Source of the DNA: an uncultured SAR86 cluster bacterium
GTDB lineage: Bacteria > Pseudomonadota > Gammaproteobacteria > Magnimaribacterales > Magnimaribacteraceae
Direction of reading: 5' to 3'
Assembly (NCBI GenBank): GCA_902604855.1
Contig: CACLAF010000003.1
Location: 516 to 64,515 of the forward strand
Length of the DNA: 64,000 nt
The position numbers and the translations under genes were made by a program. Positions 19,768 through 28,539 of the stretch are shown in pieces (the stretch's first letter is position 1; the number at the start of each line of letters is the position of its first letter). A model generated the notes under the pieces. The model was not told the DNA's origin and did no database searches. It saw only the letters and a list, made by a program, of their open reading frames with translations.

Positions 19768-20777
19768 CAAAAATAATATTACGTCTAACAGAAAGAGGAT
19801 TTGTTCCAGATTTTTTAATAAAAAAAGCCGCTCTTTATTTATCTAAGAAGCGGCTCTCGGAACCAAGTATCGGCAAGAATAAGGAAAAAGTAATCAAATT
19901 TCTGTCAGATGGAGATGTTGCTGAAAAAACAGTTGATGCAAACGAACAGCACTATGAGGTACCTCCGGAATTTTTTAAAAAGGTTCTTGGCAAGAGATTG
20001 AAATATTCTTGTTCACTATTTAATAATCAAATCACTTTAGACGAAGCTGAAGATGAAATGTTGGAACTTTATATTGAGCGAGCTGATATTTCAAATGGTC
20101 AGGAAATCTTAGATCTTGGTTGCGGATGGGGTAGTTTTTCTTTATTTGCTGCAGCAAAATTTCCCGACTCAAAATTTACGTCATTAAGTAATTCAATTGA
20201 TCAAATTAATTTTATTAATAATCAGGCGGAAAAAAGAAATTTAAAAAACATAAATACTATTAAGATGGACGCAAATAACCTTAGTTTAAATAAGAAATTT
20301 GATCGTATCATTTCTATTGAGATGTTTGAGCATTTGAGGAACTACAAATCAATACTATCTTCGTTAAGTGATGTTCTTTTAGATGAAGGAAAAGTGTTCA
20401 TACATATTTTTTGTAATAAGAAATTAGCTTATCTTTATGAAGTAAAGAATGACCTTGACTGGATGACTAAATATTTTTTTTCAGGAGGAATAATGCCAAG
20501 TAAGGATATTTTCAGTCACTTTGATGAGCACTTAAGTCTAATTAATCAGTGGGACGTAAATGGCAATCATTACTCAAAGACTTCAAAGGGATGGCTTGAA
20601 AACCTTTACAAAAATAAACAAGAAGTGATGGACATATTCAGAGATCATTACAATGACCCAGTAGTTTGGTTTAATAGATGGAGAATATTTTTTCTCACGT
20701 GCGAAGTTTTTTTTGCGATTAATAAAGGAAATGAATACTTTGTTTCGCATTACCTTTTTGAAAAGACTAATTCATAA
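19764..20777 (+). CDS. Second CFA/CMAS-family SAM methyltransferase
   Basis: ANEQHYEVP, LKYSCS, LDLGCGWGS, SIEMFEH, WMTKYFFSGGIMPS. Confidence 0.88.
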   Translation: MTKIILRLTERGFVPDFLIKKAALYLSKKRLSEPSIGKNKEKVIKFLSDGDVAEKTVDANEQHYEVPPEFFKKVLGKRLKYSCSLFNNQITLDEAEDEMLELYIERADISNGQEILDLGCGWGSFSLFAAAKFPDSKFTSLSNSIDQINFINNQAEKRNLKNINTIKMDANNLSLNKKFDRIISIEMFEHLRNYKSILSSLSDVLLDEGKVFIHIFCNKKLAYLYEVKNDLDWMTKYFFSGGIMPSKDIFSHFDEHLSLINQWDVNGNHYSKTSKGWLENLYKNKQEVMDIFRDHYNDPVVWFNRWRIFFLTCEVFFAINKGNEYFVSHYLFEKTNS

Positions 20778-20804
20778 TTTAAATATCTTTGGGAGATTTT
20801 TGTT

Positions 20805-20846
20805 TGATGGATTAGACGGATTCAAAGCTTAATGAATGTATTAAGA
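20805..20846 (-). repeat. Possible heavily eroded copy of the tRNA-Ile2 3' half
   Basis: TGATGG...GGATTCAAAGCT...AATGTATTAAGA aligns by hand to TGGTGG...GGACTCGAACCT...AATGGATTATGA (about 25/44 with two gaps). Confidence 0.35.
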
Positions 20847-20894
20847 ATAAACTTGCTTTAACCACAAAATAATCAGCGTGTTAAGATAATCTAA

Positions 20895-21260
20895 GTGAGA
20901 AATTTTCCAAAAAAATTAATTTTAGTATCCTGTTTACCTATGATATTAACGTGTCAATCAATGAATGAGAATCTTTACAAGAATGATCATGATGTTCTCA
21001 CGATTGATCGTTCTCAGGTTAATAATCTGAATTGTGTTTATCTTTATAATACCGAAAAGAGAGAAAGTGGATGGAATAATTCTTTTGCAACTGCAAACGC
21101 ATTACGTGTCTTGAAAGATCAAGTTAAAGTGGCTGGAGGAAATGCCATTGTAATAAGAGATATATATTCTTCAGAAGATTATAGGGATGGTTATAAATTA
21201 GATGCAGCAGGTGTATATATTGATGTCTATAAATGTCCTGAAAATAGAATTAAGGAATGA
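20895..21260 (+). CDS. Putative lipoprotein (DUF4156-like)
   Basis: Lipobox-like ILTC; C...LKDQ....GGNAIVI...VYKCP pattern. Confidence 0.6.
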   Translation: MRNFPKKLILVSCLPMILTCQSMNENLYKNDHDVLTIDRSQVNNLNCVYLYNTEKRESGWNNSFATANALRVLKDQVKVAGGNAIVIRDIYSSEDYRDGYKLDAAGVYIDVYKCPENRIKE

Positions 21261-21269
21261 TATTTTAAA

Positions 21270-21314
21270 TGGTAGGCCCGGGAGGACTCGAACCTTTGAC
21301 CAATGGATTATCAG
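21270..21314 (-). repeat. Direct repeat of the tRNA-Ile2 3' half (att-like scar)
   Basis: Matches 22175-22219 at 41/45 nt; spans the CCA end to the far edge of the anticodon loop; offset 905 bp. Confidence 0.9.
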
Positions 21315-21361
21315 GGCTATGTTCGATTAAGAGTCATTGGAGCAGTGGATTCTAATTGTAT

Positions 21362-22057
21362 TTATAAAATAGGATCAAAATGCTTTGTCACAACATAAGT
21401 TATTTCTCTATTAGTTGCTTCGATAATTTCAATACGAGTTCCCCTAAATCCTATAGTTTTTCCCTCATTAAGATCATATTGAACTTCTTGAGTGAAAAAA
21501 GGTCTCAAATATTTCCCTTCAGACACTTCTCTGTATAAGAACTTTACATAATCTCCAACTCTTCCATTATAAATTAATTGCTGTTTAACATTTGGTTGAC
21601 TCAAATCAAAATATTTTTTTTCTATAATCAAATTGTTTGGGATGCAACGCTGAGTTGCTACAACCACACATAAACCCTTGTCTGTATAAGTTCCTCTATA
21701 AAATGCAACATTTGGTATTGGTCCATTTATTGATAATGCTCCAAAGGCTGATATATTTTCAAATTGATAGGTCACAATTCCGTCTTGATTTATTGTGACC
21801 GGCTTGAGAGTTTGCGAAGGAAATACATAATATAAACCAGCAAAATTAGGCTCAGTTCTATATTCTTCATTTATTGAAATTGAGTCTACGTATGATAAGA
21901 CGCTGTATTCAACTAGAGTATTTCCAAGCTCTTGAGATATTTCCGTATTTAAAGACGGTGTTTTTATAACTTCTTTATTGAATGTTACAAGTGTCTGAGG
22001 AATAGATGCACATGAAGTTATAAAGATTAAAACAAGTAACTGAAAATATTTGATCAC
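21362..22057 (-). CDS. Putative lipoprotein
   Basis: ITSC lipobox; C-terminal QQLIYNGR...KFLYRE...RP.FTQEVQYDL....IGFRG.RIEII.ATN..I.Y.V domain; function unknown. Confidence 0.75.
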   Translation of the reverse strand: MIKYFQLLVLIFITSCASIPQTLVTFNKEVIKTPSLNTEISQELGNTLVEYSVLSYVDSISINEEYRTEPNFAGLYYVFPSQTLKPVTINQDGIVTYQFENISAFGALSINGPIPNVAFYRGTYTDKGLCVVVATQRCIPNNLIIEKKYFDLSQPNVKQQLIYNGRVGDYVKFLYREVSEGKYLRPFFTQEVQYDLNEGKTIGFRGTRIEIIEATNREITYVVTKHFDPIL

Positions 22058-22101
22058 TAATAGATAATGCCATATTAATAGATTAAAAAATACTTATTAA
22101 A

Positions 22102-22150
22102 TGAGAACAAAGATTACCTGTTCTCACCTGTACTCATTTTCTAAGAACAG
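22102..22150. repeat. Cluster of four (C)TGT[T/A]CT[C/T]A motifs, direct and inverted; terminator or recombinase arm sites
   Basis: Inverted at 22102-22109, tandem ACCTGTTCTC/ACCTGTACTC at 22116-22135, inverted at 22142-22150. Confidence 0.6.
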
Positions 22151-22174
22151 TAAGACTTCGGAAACACTTCAAAA

Positions 22175-22251
22175 TGGTGGGCCCGGGAGGACTCGAACCT
22201 CCGACCAATGGATTATGAGTCCACTGCTCTAACCAACTGAGCTACAGGCCC
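22175..22251 (-). tRNA. ileX: tRNA-Ile2 (anticodon CAT, lysidine type)
   Basis: GGGCCTGTAGCTCAGTTGGTTAGAGCAGTGGACTCATAATCCATTGGTCGGAGGTTCGAGTCCTCCCGGGCCCACCA; paired G1-C72 (not initiator), C4-G69/C5-G68 TilS determinants, position after rpoD. Confidence 0.9.
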
Positions 22252-24123
22252 TTATTCGTCTAGGAAACCTTTCAAGTGAGAGGATCTAGTTGGGTGTCTT
22301 AATTTTCTTAAAGCTTTAGCTTCTATTTGTCTAATTCTCTCTCGAGTTACATCAAACTGCTTACCAACTTCTTCTAGAGTATGATCAGTATTCATCCCAA
22401 TACCAAATCTCATCCTCAAAACCTTAGCTTCTCTTGCAGTAAGACTGCCTAATATGTCATCGGTAGCACCCTCGAGATTTTCTTCTATAGCTGCAATATC
22501 AGGAGCATCGATAGAAGTATCTTCAATGAAGTCACCTAAGGTTGTATCTTCCTCATCTCCAATTGGAGTCTCGGTTGAAATTGGCTCTTTAGCTATTTTT
22601 AATACCCTTCTAACCTTATCTTCTGGAAGGTCCATACGCTCGCCTAATTCTTCAGGAGTAGGTTCTCTTCCCATTTCTTGAACCATTTGGCGTGACACAC
22701 GATTAAGCTTATTAATAGTTTCTATCATATGAACTGGTATACGAATAGTTCTTGCCTGGTCAGCTATCGAACGAGTGATTGCTTGACGGATCCACCATGT
22801 GGCATAAGTAGAAAATTTATAGCCTCTTCTATACTCAAATTTATCCACTGCTTTCATCAGGCCAATGTTGCCTTCTTGAATAAGATCTAAAAACTGAAGT
22901 CCTCTATTGGTATATTTTTTGGCTATAGAAATAACTAATCTTAGATTCGCTTCTACCATATCTTTCTTAGCTCTTCGTATCTTCGCTTCACCTATAGACA
23001 TTTTTCTATTTATATCTTTAATTTCACTGACAGGTAATTGAATAATTTTTTCAAGTTTAGAAAGTTTATTTTGCAATCTAACGATCTCGGCTAGATTTCC
23101 TTTTACTTCTTTTGCCCAAGGTTTTCTCGATTTAGCCATCTTTTCAGACCAAGAAGGGTCAGCTTCATTTCCAGCATATTCTTGGATAAATTCTTTTCTT
23201 GGCATCTTTCCCCTCTTTACATAGATGGTAAAAAGATATTTTTCAACTTCTCTAATAATTTCAAGAGCGTCTCTTGCGGGATCGGCTATTATTTCGAATT
23301 GAGTGGGTGATAATTTAAGAAATTGAAAGATTTCACCTAATTTTTCTTGTTCTTGAATAGCTGCTTTACTTGTCCTTGTTCTTGCACAAGCTTTATTCGA
23401 TTTATTGAATTGCCTTTTAAGTGAACTAAAGCGTTTCTTAACTTCAACTGGATCTGGCCCTGAGGGCTCTTCTTCATCAGATTCACCCTTCTCTTCTTTT
23501 TCTTTCTTTTGAGCTAAAGCAGGCGGCGGAATACCTTCTTCTATATCCATGAATCCAACTAATACTTCCGATAACCTTCTATCGCCTACTACAACCTCTT
23601 GGTACTCATCTAAAATTCTATCGACAATACCTGGGTAAAAACAACAAGCCTGCAATAGTTCTCTTGCGCCTTCTTCAATTCTTTTTGCTATTGCTATTTC
23701 GCCTTCCCTCGTAAGGAGATCTACTGTTCCCATTTCTCTCATATAGAGACGAACTGGATCAGTTGTCCTTCCTACCTCAGACTCAACAGTAGTCAATGTG
23801 GTTCTAGTATCTGCAATAGTTTCTGGGGCTGCCTCAGAATTGTCATCATTGGCAGAACTATTTGATTCAAGAACTTCTATACCAATGTCCATCAGCATCT
23901 GAATAGTCTCTTCAACCTGATCAGGATCAGATATATCTTCAGGTAGCATGGAGTTTATGTCCTCATATGTAAGAAACCCTTGATCTTTTCCTTTATCTAC
24001 AAGTTCTCTAAGCCCTGAGTTTTCTAGGTCTTCCTCTCCAAATAGAGCTTCATCAGAGGCCTCAACAGCCTCTATTTCTTTTTCTTTTGACTCAACGGGT
24101 GGATTTTTTGCTTTTCTTGCCAT
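22252..24123 (-). CDS. rpoD: RNA polymerase sigma factor RpoD
   Basis: [60 protein letters not shown]. Confidence 0.98.
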   Translation of the reverse strand: MARKAKNPPVESKEKEIEAVEASDEALFGEEDLENSGLRELVDKGKDQGFLTYEDINSMLPEDISDPDQVEETIQMLMDIGIEVLESNSSANDDNSEAAPETIADTRTTLTTVESEVGRTTDPVRLYMREMGTVDLLTREGEIAIAKRIEEGARELLQACCFYPGIVDRILDEYQEVVVGDRRLSEVLVGFMDIEEGIPPPALAQKKEKEEKGESDEEEPSGPDPVEVKKRFSSLKRQFNKSNKACARTRTSKAAIQEQEKLGEIFQFLKLSPTQFEIIADPARDALEIIREVEKYLFTIYVKRGKMPRKEFIQEYAGNEADPSWSEKMAKSRKPWAKEVKGNLAEIVRLQNKLSKLEKIIQLPVSEIKDINRKMSIGEAKIRRAKKDMVEANLRLVISIAKKYTNRGLQFLDLIQEGNIGLMKAVDKFEYRRGYKFSTYATWWIRQAITRSIADQARTIRIPVHMIETINKLNRVSRQMVQEMGREPTPEELGERMDLPEDKVRRVLKIAKEPISTETPIGDEEDTTLGDFIEDTSIDAPDIAAIEENLEGATDDILGSLTAREAKVLRMRFGIGMNTDHTLEEVGKQFDVTRERIRQIEAKALRKLRHPTRSSHLKGFLDE

Positions 24124-24135
24124 AACAAATTTTAA

Positions 24136-24150
24136 GGGTGGGCAATTATA
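24136..24150 (-). promoter_or_regulatory. rpoD promoter -10 with GC-rich discriminator
   Basis: Minus strand TATAAT-TGCCCACCC in the dnaG-rpoD spacer. Confidence 0.55.
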
Positions 24151-24187
24151 TTAGTTTTTTCCACAAAATGCCTAACTTTTAATTTAA

Positions 24188-26005
24188 TTAGCCTTTTTGA
24201 CTAAGTACTTTTAATAGATTCTTCTCAGGCTCTTCAAGTCGATGAAGATTAGCCAACAAATGCTGTTGAAGCTCAAAAGTTTCATCCTCGGATAATTTTC
24301 CGGTTTCAAATATTTCTTTTAGCTCAATTATTCTTGTTACGGAATCTGATTTCTTCAATTTCGATATACAGTCATTCAAATAATCAATAGCATTTTGCTC
24401 GTCTACCGCATCGTGTACTGAAATCAATGCGCCTATGAATGAAGCTGATTCCTTATCCAGCGTGCTTAAGAGATAAGAAATACCCGCATCAGGCTTTTCT
24501 TTAAAAAATGACACTACTGTCATCATCAATTGAACTTCAGGTTCATGAAAGTCCCTAAATTTTTCATGATCATTGATCTGATTAGCCAAGTACGGATAGG
24601 TTAGAACTAAAGATAAGATTTTAGATCCCAATAAGGTAGAGTCAAAACTTATTTTATCTTCTGGAAGATCGGATGTTGGATTTTTGATTTCACGTCTTGG
24701 ATAACTTATTTTTTTGCTATGAGTTTTGATATCTTTAATTTCTAAACCTGTTACCTTAGAAACCTCCCCTTCCAATAATTTCTTAATCGAACTTTCTTGC
24801 ATACCAGAAAGTAATTCCATAGCTTTAGAGGCCAGTGAAGCTTTCTGTTCTAGTGAAGTGACTTCAGAAGCCATAGTTAATCTATCTATAAAATATTCAG
24901 ATAATAATGTTGCATTTTTAGACTTTGCTTTCAGTTCCTCCACAGAATTTTTTTCTAACAAACTAGCGGGATCCTCTCCTTCAGGTAGAAATAGAAATTT
25001 TATCGTCTTACCATCGGTTACAGCTGGTAAAACATTTTTAAGAGCACCCCATGCAGCTCCTCTTCCAGCATCATCACCGTCAAAGCAAAAGATTATTTCG
25101 TTTACTACTTGCAGTAGCTTTTGAATGTGAAATCTGTTCGTTGCAATTCCCAGTGTAGCGACTGAGTTTGTCATACCATGTTCATACATAGCTATAGAAT
25201 CCATATAACCTTCAACTACAAAAATTTCTTTCAAATCCTTTCTAAATTCTAAGGCCTCATAAAATCCATAAAGTTCTCTATTTTTCTGAAAAACTGGGGT
25301 TTCTCCGGTATTTAAATATTTTGGTTGATCATCAGGACTCATAACTCTGCCACCAAAACCAACCACTCTCCCTTTCCGATCTTTTATTGGAAACATTAAC
25401 CTATCTCTAAAGAAATCAAATAACTTATCGTCTTTATTCTTTTTTGCTAAACCTGCTTTAATTAAAACTTCTTCTTTTATACCTTTATTTAGCATCTCTT
25501 TAGAAAGTGCATCCCAAGAATTAGTAGCATATCCTAGAGAGAATTTTCTACAGACTTCACTCGAAATCTTTCTATTGTTAAGTATGTAATTTCGAACATG
25601 TTCCGAATCCTTGGACTTTGATAAGTTCTTTTCAAAAATCTCCATTGCCATTTTTAATGCAGCGTATAAAGGATCTTTTTCACTTGTAAATGATTGGGTG
25701 TTTTCATAGGGGACTTCTACACCAGCTCTTGCTGCCAGCGCCTCTACAGATTCGATAAAATCATATCCTTGATGGGACTGTAAGAAACCAATCACGTTCC
25801 CTGTAGCTCTACATTTAAAACAATAATAAAATTGTTTCTGGTCACTGACACTAAAGGATGGATTTTTTCCATCATCACAAAAAGGGCATTGACCAAAATG
25901 GTCTTTACCTTTCTTTTTCAGAGGTAAATAAGATTCCACTAAAGAAACAATGTCAGTCATATCTACGATTTCTGTAATGAAATCTTTAGGTATAGAACCT
26001 GACAC
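24188..26005 (-). CDS. dnaG: DNA primase
   Basis: Zinc-finger CPFC...CFKC, RLMFPI, KYLNTGET, VEGYMD, FDGDDAG, EDP TOPRIM motifs. Confidence 0.97.
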   Translation of the reverse strand: MSGSIPKDFITEIVDMTDIVSLVESYLPLKKKGKDHFGQCPFCDDGKNPSFSVSDQKQFYYCFKCRATGNVIGFLQSHQGYDFIESVEALAARAGVEVPYENTQSFTSEKDPLYAALKMAMEIFEKNLSKSKDSEHVRNYILNNRKISSEVCRKFSLGYATNSWDALSKEMLNKGIKEEVLIKAGLAKKNKDDKLFDFFRDRLMFPIKDRKGRVVGFGGRVMSPDDQPKYLNTGETPVFQKNRELYGFYEALEFRKDLKEIFVVEGYMDSIAMYEHGMTNSVATLGIATNRFHIQKLLQVVNEIIFCFDGDDAGRGAAWGALKNVLPAVTDGKTIKFLFLPEGEDPASLLEKNSVEELKAKSKNATLLSEYFIDRLTMASEVTSLEQKASLASKAMELLSGMQESSIKKLLEGEVSKVTGLEIKDIKTHSKKISYPRREIKNPTSDLPEDKISFDSTLLGSKILSLVLTYPYLANQINDHEKFRDFHEPEVQLMMTVVSFFKEKPDAGISYLLSTLDKESASFIGALISVHDAVDEQNAIDYLNDCISKLKKSDSVTRIIELKEIFETGKLSEDETFELQQHLLANLHRLEEPEKNLLKVLSQKG

Positions 26006-26430
26006 TAATACTTACTCCTAAACCAATCTTCCAAAATAATTTGTGCAGAAATACTATGTTTATTTCTTGAATCTTTTATTCCCATCTGGATATTTTCTAA
26101 CCTCTCTTTAGCCTCTCTGCTGGACAATCTCTCATCGGTTTTTTCTATACTTATATCATATCTTTTATTCAGAGCAGTAGAAAATTTATCGGATGAATCT
26201 TGAATCTTGCTCCTAGTTCCGTCCATATTTAATGGATCGCCTACAATAAACAAGTTGGGATTCCATTCTTTGACGATCATATCTAAATCTGCCCAGTCAG
26301 GTAAGCCATCATTTGCACGAATAGAGTAAAAAGTAGATGCTGTTTTAGTGATTTCTTGTCCTATCGCAATACCAATATTCTTAGTACCAAAATCAAAGGC
26401 CATTATCACTCTAGGAGAATCTTTGCTCAT
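26005..26430 (-). CDS. yqgF: Pre-16S rRNA nuclease YqgF/RuvX
   Basis: AFDFGTKNIGIAIG, VGDPLNMDGT, DERLSS. Confidence 0.93.
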   Translation of the reverse strand: MSKDSPRVIMAFDFGTKNIGIAIGQEITKTASTFYSIRANDGLPDWADLDMIVKEWNPNLFIVGDPLNMDGTRSKIQDSSDKFSTALNKRYDISIEKTDERLSSREAKERLENIQMGIKDSRNKHSISAQIILEDWFRSKY

Positions 26431-27368
26431 TTAGAAAATTCTTCGACCGATTCAATAAAAATTTCAGCTACGTTGATATCACAAAGCTCTTTATATTCCT
26501 TAAAGCAAGTCGGACTTGTTACATTTATCTCCGTTAGATAATCTCCAATAATATCGAGACCTACTAATAAAAGTCCTTTTTCTACTAATGATGGGCCCAC
26601 TTCTTCACATATCCATAAGTCTCTATCTGATAGAGACTTTGCAACCGCAGAAGCACCTGCAGCTAAGTTACCGCGAAGCTCTCCTTCCGCAGGCACTCTG
26701 GCAATGGAAGCACTCATAGGTTTCCCATCCACAATTAGAATACGTTTATCTCCTTCGGTTATTTCAGGTATGAATTCTTGGATCATGACCTTTTCAGTGA
26801 AATGATCAGTAATTGTTTCTAAAATGACATTTAAATTTGGATCATTAGCCTTCACTCTAAAAATAGAAGCTCCACCCATTCCATCTAGTGGCTTAATGAC
26901 AGTATCTTTATTTTCCAATACAAAATTGGCCAAGAAATCTTTGCGGCTAGTAACAAGGTGTTTAGTGCAACATTGAGGAAATTCTGTAGCATAAACCTTT
27001 TCATTACAGTCTCTCAAGCTTCTAGGATTATTAAAGATATTAACTCCTTGTCTTGCTGCCATTTCTAAAACGTAAGTGTTGTAAATATATCCGGAATTAA
27101 AAGGAGGATCTTGCCTCATCAAAATTGAATCGAGTTCGCTGAGTTCAATTATTTTTTCCTCTTCTTTGGTGAACCACTCCGATGGATCATTTCTAACCTC
27201 CATTTTATTGGAACTTGCATAGGGAATACCCGATTTAATGAATAAAGAATCAGGAGTGATATAAATGATTTCATGTCCTTTCCTTTGAGCTTCAATCATC
27301 ATCGCTAAAGTGCTATCTTTTTTGAAATTGATAGTCTCGATGGGATCCATAACAACACCTAGCTTCAT
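26427..27368 (-). CDS. gshB: Glutathione synthetase
   Basis: MKLGVVMDPI, MRQDPPF, KPLDGMGG, RGNLAAG, EINVTSPT; ATG at 27368. Confidence 0.96.
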   Translation of the reverse strand: MKLGVVMDPIETINFKKDSTLAMMIEAQRKGHEIIYITPDSLFIKSGIPYASSNKMEVRNDPSEWFTKEEEKIIELSELDSILMRQDPPFNSGYIYNTYVLEMAARQGVNIFNNPRSLRDCNEKVYATEFPQCCTKHLVTSRKDFLANFVLENKDTVIKPLDGMGGASIFRVKANDPNLNVILETITDHFTEKVMIQEFIPEITEGDKRILIVDGKPMSASIARVPAEGELRGNLAAGASAVAKSLSDRDLWICEEVGPSLVEKGLLLVGLDIIGDYLTEINVTSPTCFKEYKELCDINVAEIFIESVEEFSK

Positions 27369-27387
27369 CTTTAGTCTGACTCCTGAA

Positions 27388-28122
27388 TTAAAATTCCTTT
27401 GCACCGTATCTTAAAGCACTTATAACTGATATTGCTGCAGTTTCTGCTCTTAAAATACGCGGTCCTATAGTAACAGGTATAAAGCCATCTTCTTTCAAAC
27501 CCCTAATCTCCTCCTCAGTGAAATCACCTTCAGGTCCAATAGCGATTGAAATAGAATCTTTAATTTCAATTTCTGATAACATTATTTCTGCGTCTGGATA
27601 GAGAACTATCTTGATATCGGAATTGATTACCTTAGACCAATCCTCAATTTTGAGAGGCTCAGTTATTTCGGGAATCCAATTCTCGCCACATTGTTCGCAT
27701 GCTCCTTTAGCTATTTGATTCCATTTTTCTATTCTTTTTTCTAAATTAACATTTGTTGTATTAGCTGTGACTCTTTCAGTCAACAAGGGTGAAAAGTTCC
27801 CAACACCTAATTCTGTAGCTTTTTGGATTGTTAGGTTAAAAGGATCATTCTTTATCAGAGACTGTCCTAAATTAATGTGAATTCCATGTCTATTGGATAC
27901 AGGATAATTTTCTATGATTAAAATCTTAAGAATTTTCTTATCAATGTCTAAAATCTCAGCTAAAGCCGAGTTCCCCTTACCATCGAAAACAGTAAACCTA
28001 TCCCCGACTCTTTTCCTAAGAACATTAAGTTCATGATGAAAATCTTTTTTATATAGAGACATAACTTCCTCTTTAATATAGGGAAGATCTAGAAATGTTC
28101 TTGTGTAGTCAGTATTACTCAT
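27388..28122 (-). CDS. rsmE: 16S rRNA m3U1498 methyltransferase
   Basis: QKATELGV, ACEQC, IGPEGDF, GPRILRAETA. Confidence 0.95.
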   Translation of the reverse strand: MSNTDYTRTFLDLPYIKEEVMSLYKKDFHHELNVLRKRVGDRFTVFDGKGNSALAEILDIDKKILKILIIENYPVSNRHGIHINLGQSLIKNDPFNLTIQKATELGVGNFSPLLTERVTANTTNVNLEKRIEKWNQIAKGACEQCGENWIPEITEPLKIEDWSKVINSDIKIVLYPDAEIMLSEIEIKDSISIAIGPEGDFTEEEIRGLKEDGFIPVTIGPRILRAETAAISVISALRYGAKEF

Positions 28123-28268
28123 TAAAGGATATATTAAATCATCAAATCTATTTTTAGGGCATCGTAAAAATAACTGTTCAGTATTTCACTAAACTCCTTG
28201 AAAGAAAAAATATGTTGGGTATTATTCGTAGTCCCTTCAGTAAATAAAGATGACGAAAATTTAGTAAA

Positions 28269-28532
28269 GTGACAGATAACAAGAAAAAGAAATTCAACGG
28301 TGAAGGCAAGCAGTTAGGTCATCAAGTTTCCAAAAGTATGCGCAAGTATTTCAAGCAGTTAGATGGCGAGAATCCTACTGATATTTACAATATGGTCTTA
28401 AAAGAAGTTGAACTTCCTCTGCTAGAGATCGTGATGAAGCAGTGTGATGATAATCAATCAAAGGCCAGTAAGATATTAGGCATAAATAGAGGTACCCTTA
28501 GAACTAAACTAAAGGAACACAATCTACTCTAA
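28269..28532 (+). CDS. fis: DNA-binding protein Fis
   Basis: YNMVLKEVELPLL...NQSKAS.ILGINRGTLRTKLK; upstream of purH. Confidence 0.92.
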   Translation: MTDNKKKKFNGEGKQLGHQVSKSMRKYFKQLDGENPTDIYNMVLKEVELPLLEIVMKQCDDNQSKASKILGINRGTLRTKLKEHNLL

Positions 28533-28539
28533 ACTATAG

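Noticed and set aside
22175-22251. Calling the CAT-anticodon tRNA a Met or fMet tRNA
   Set aside because: Paired 1-72, no three consecutive G-C pairs in the anticodon stem, TilS determinants present, and the position after rpoD all favour Ile2.
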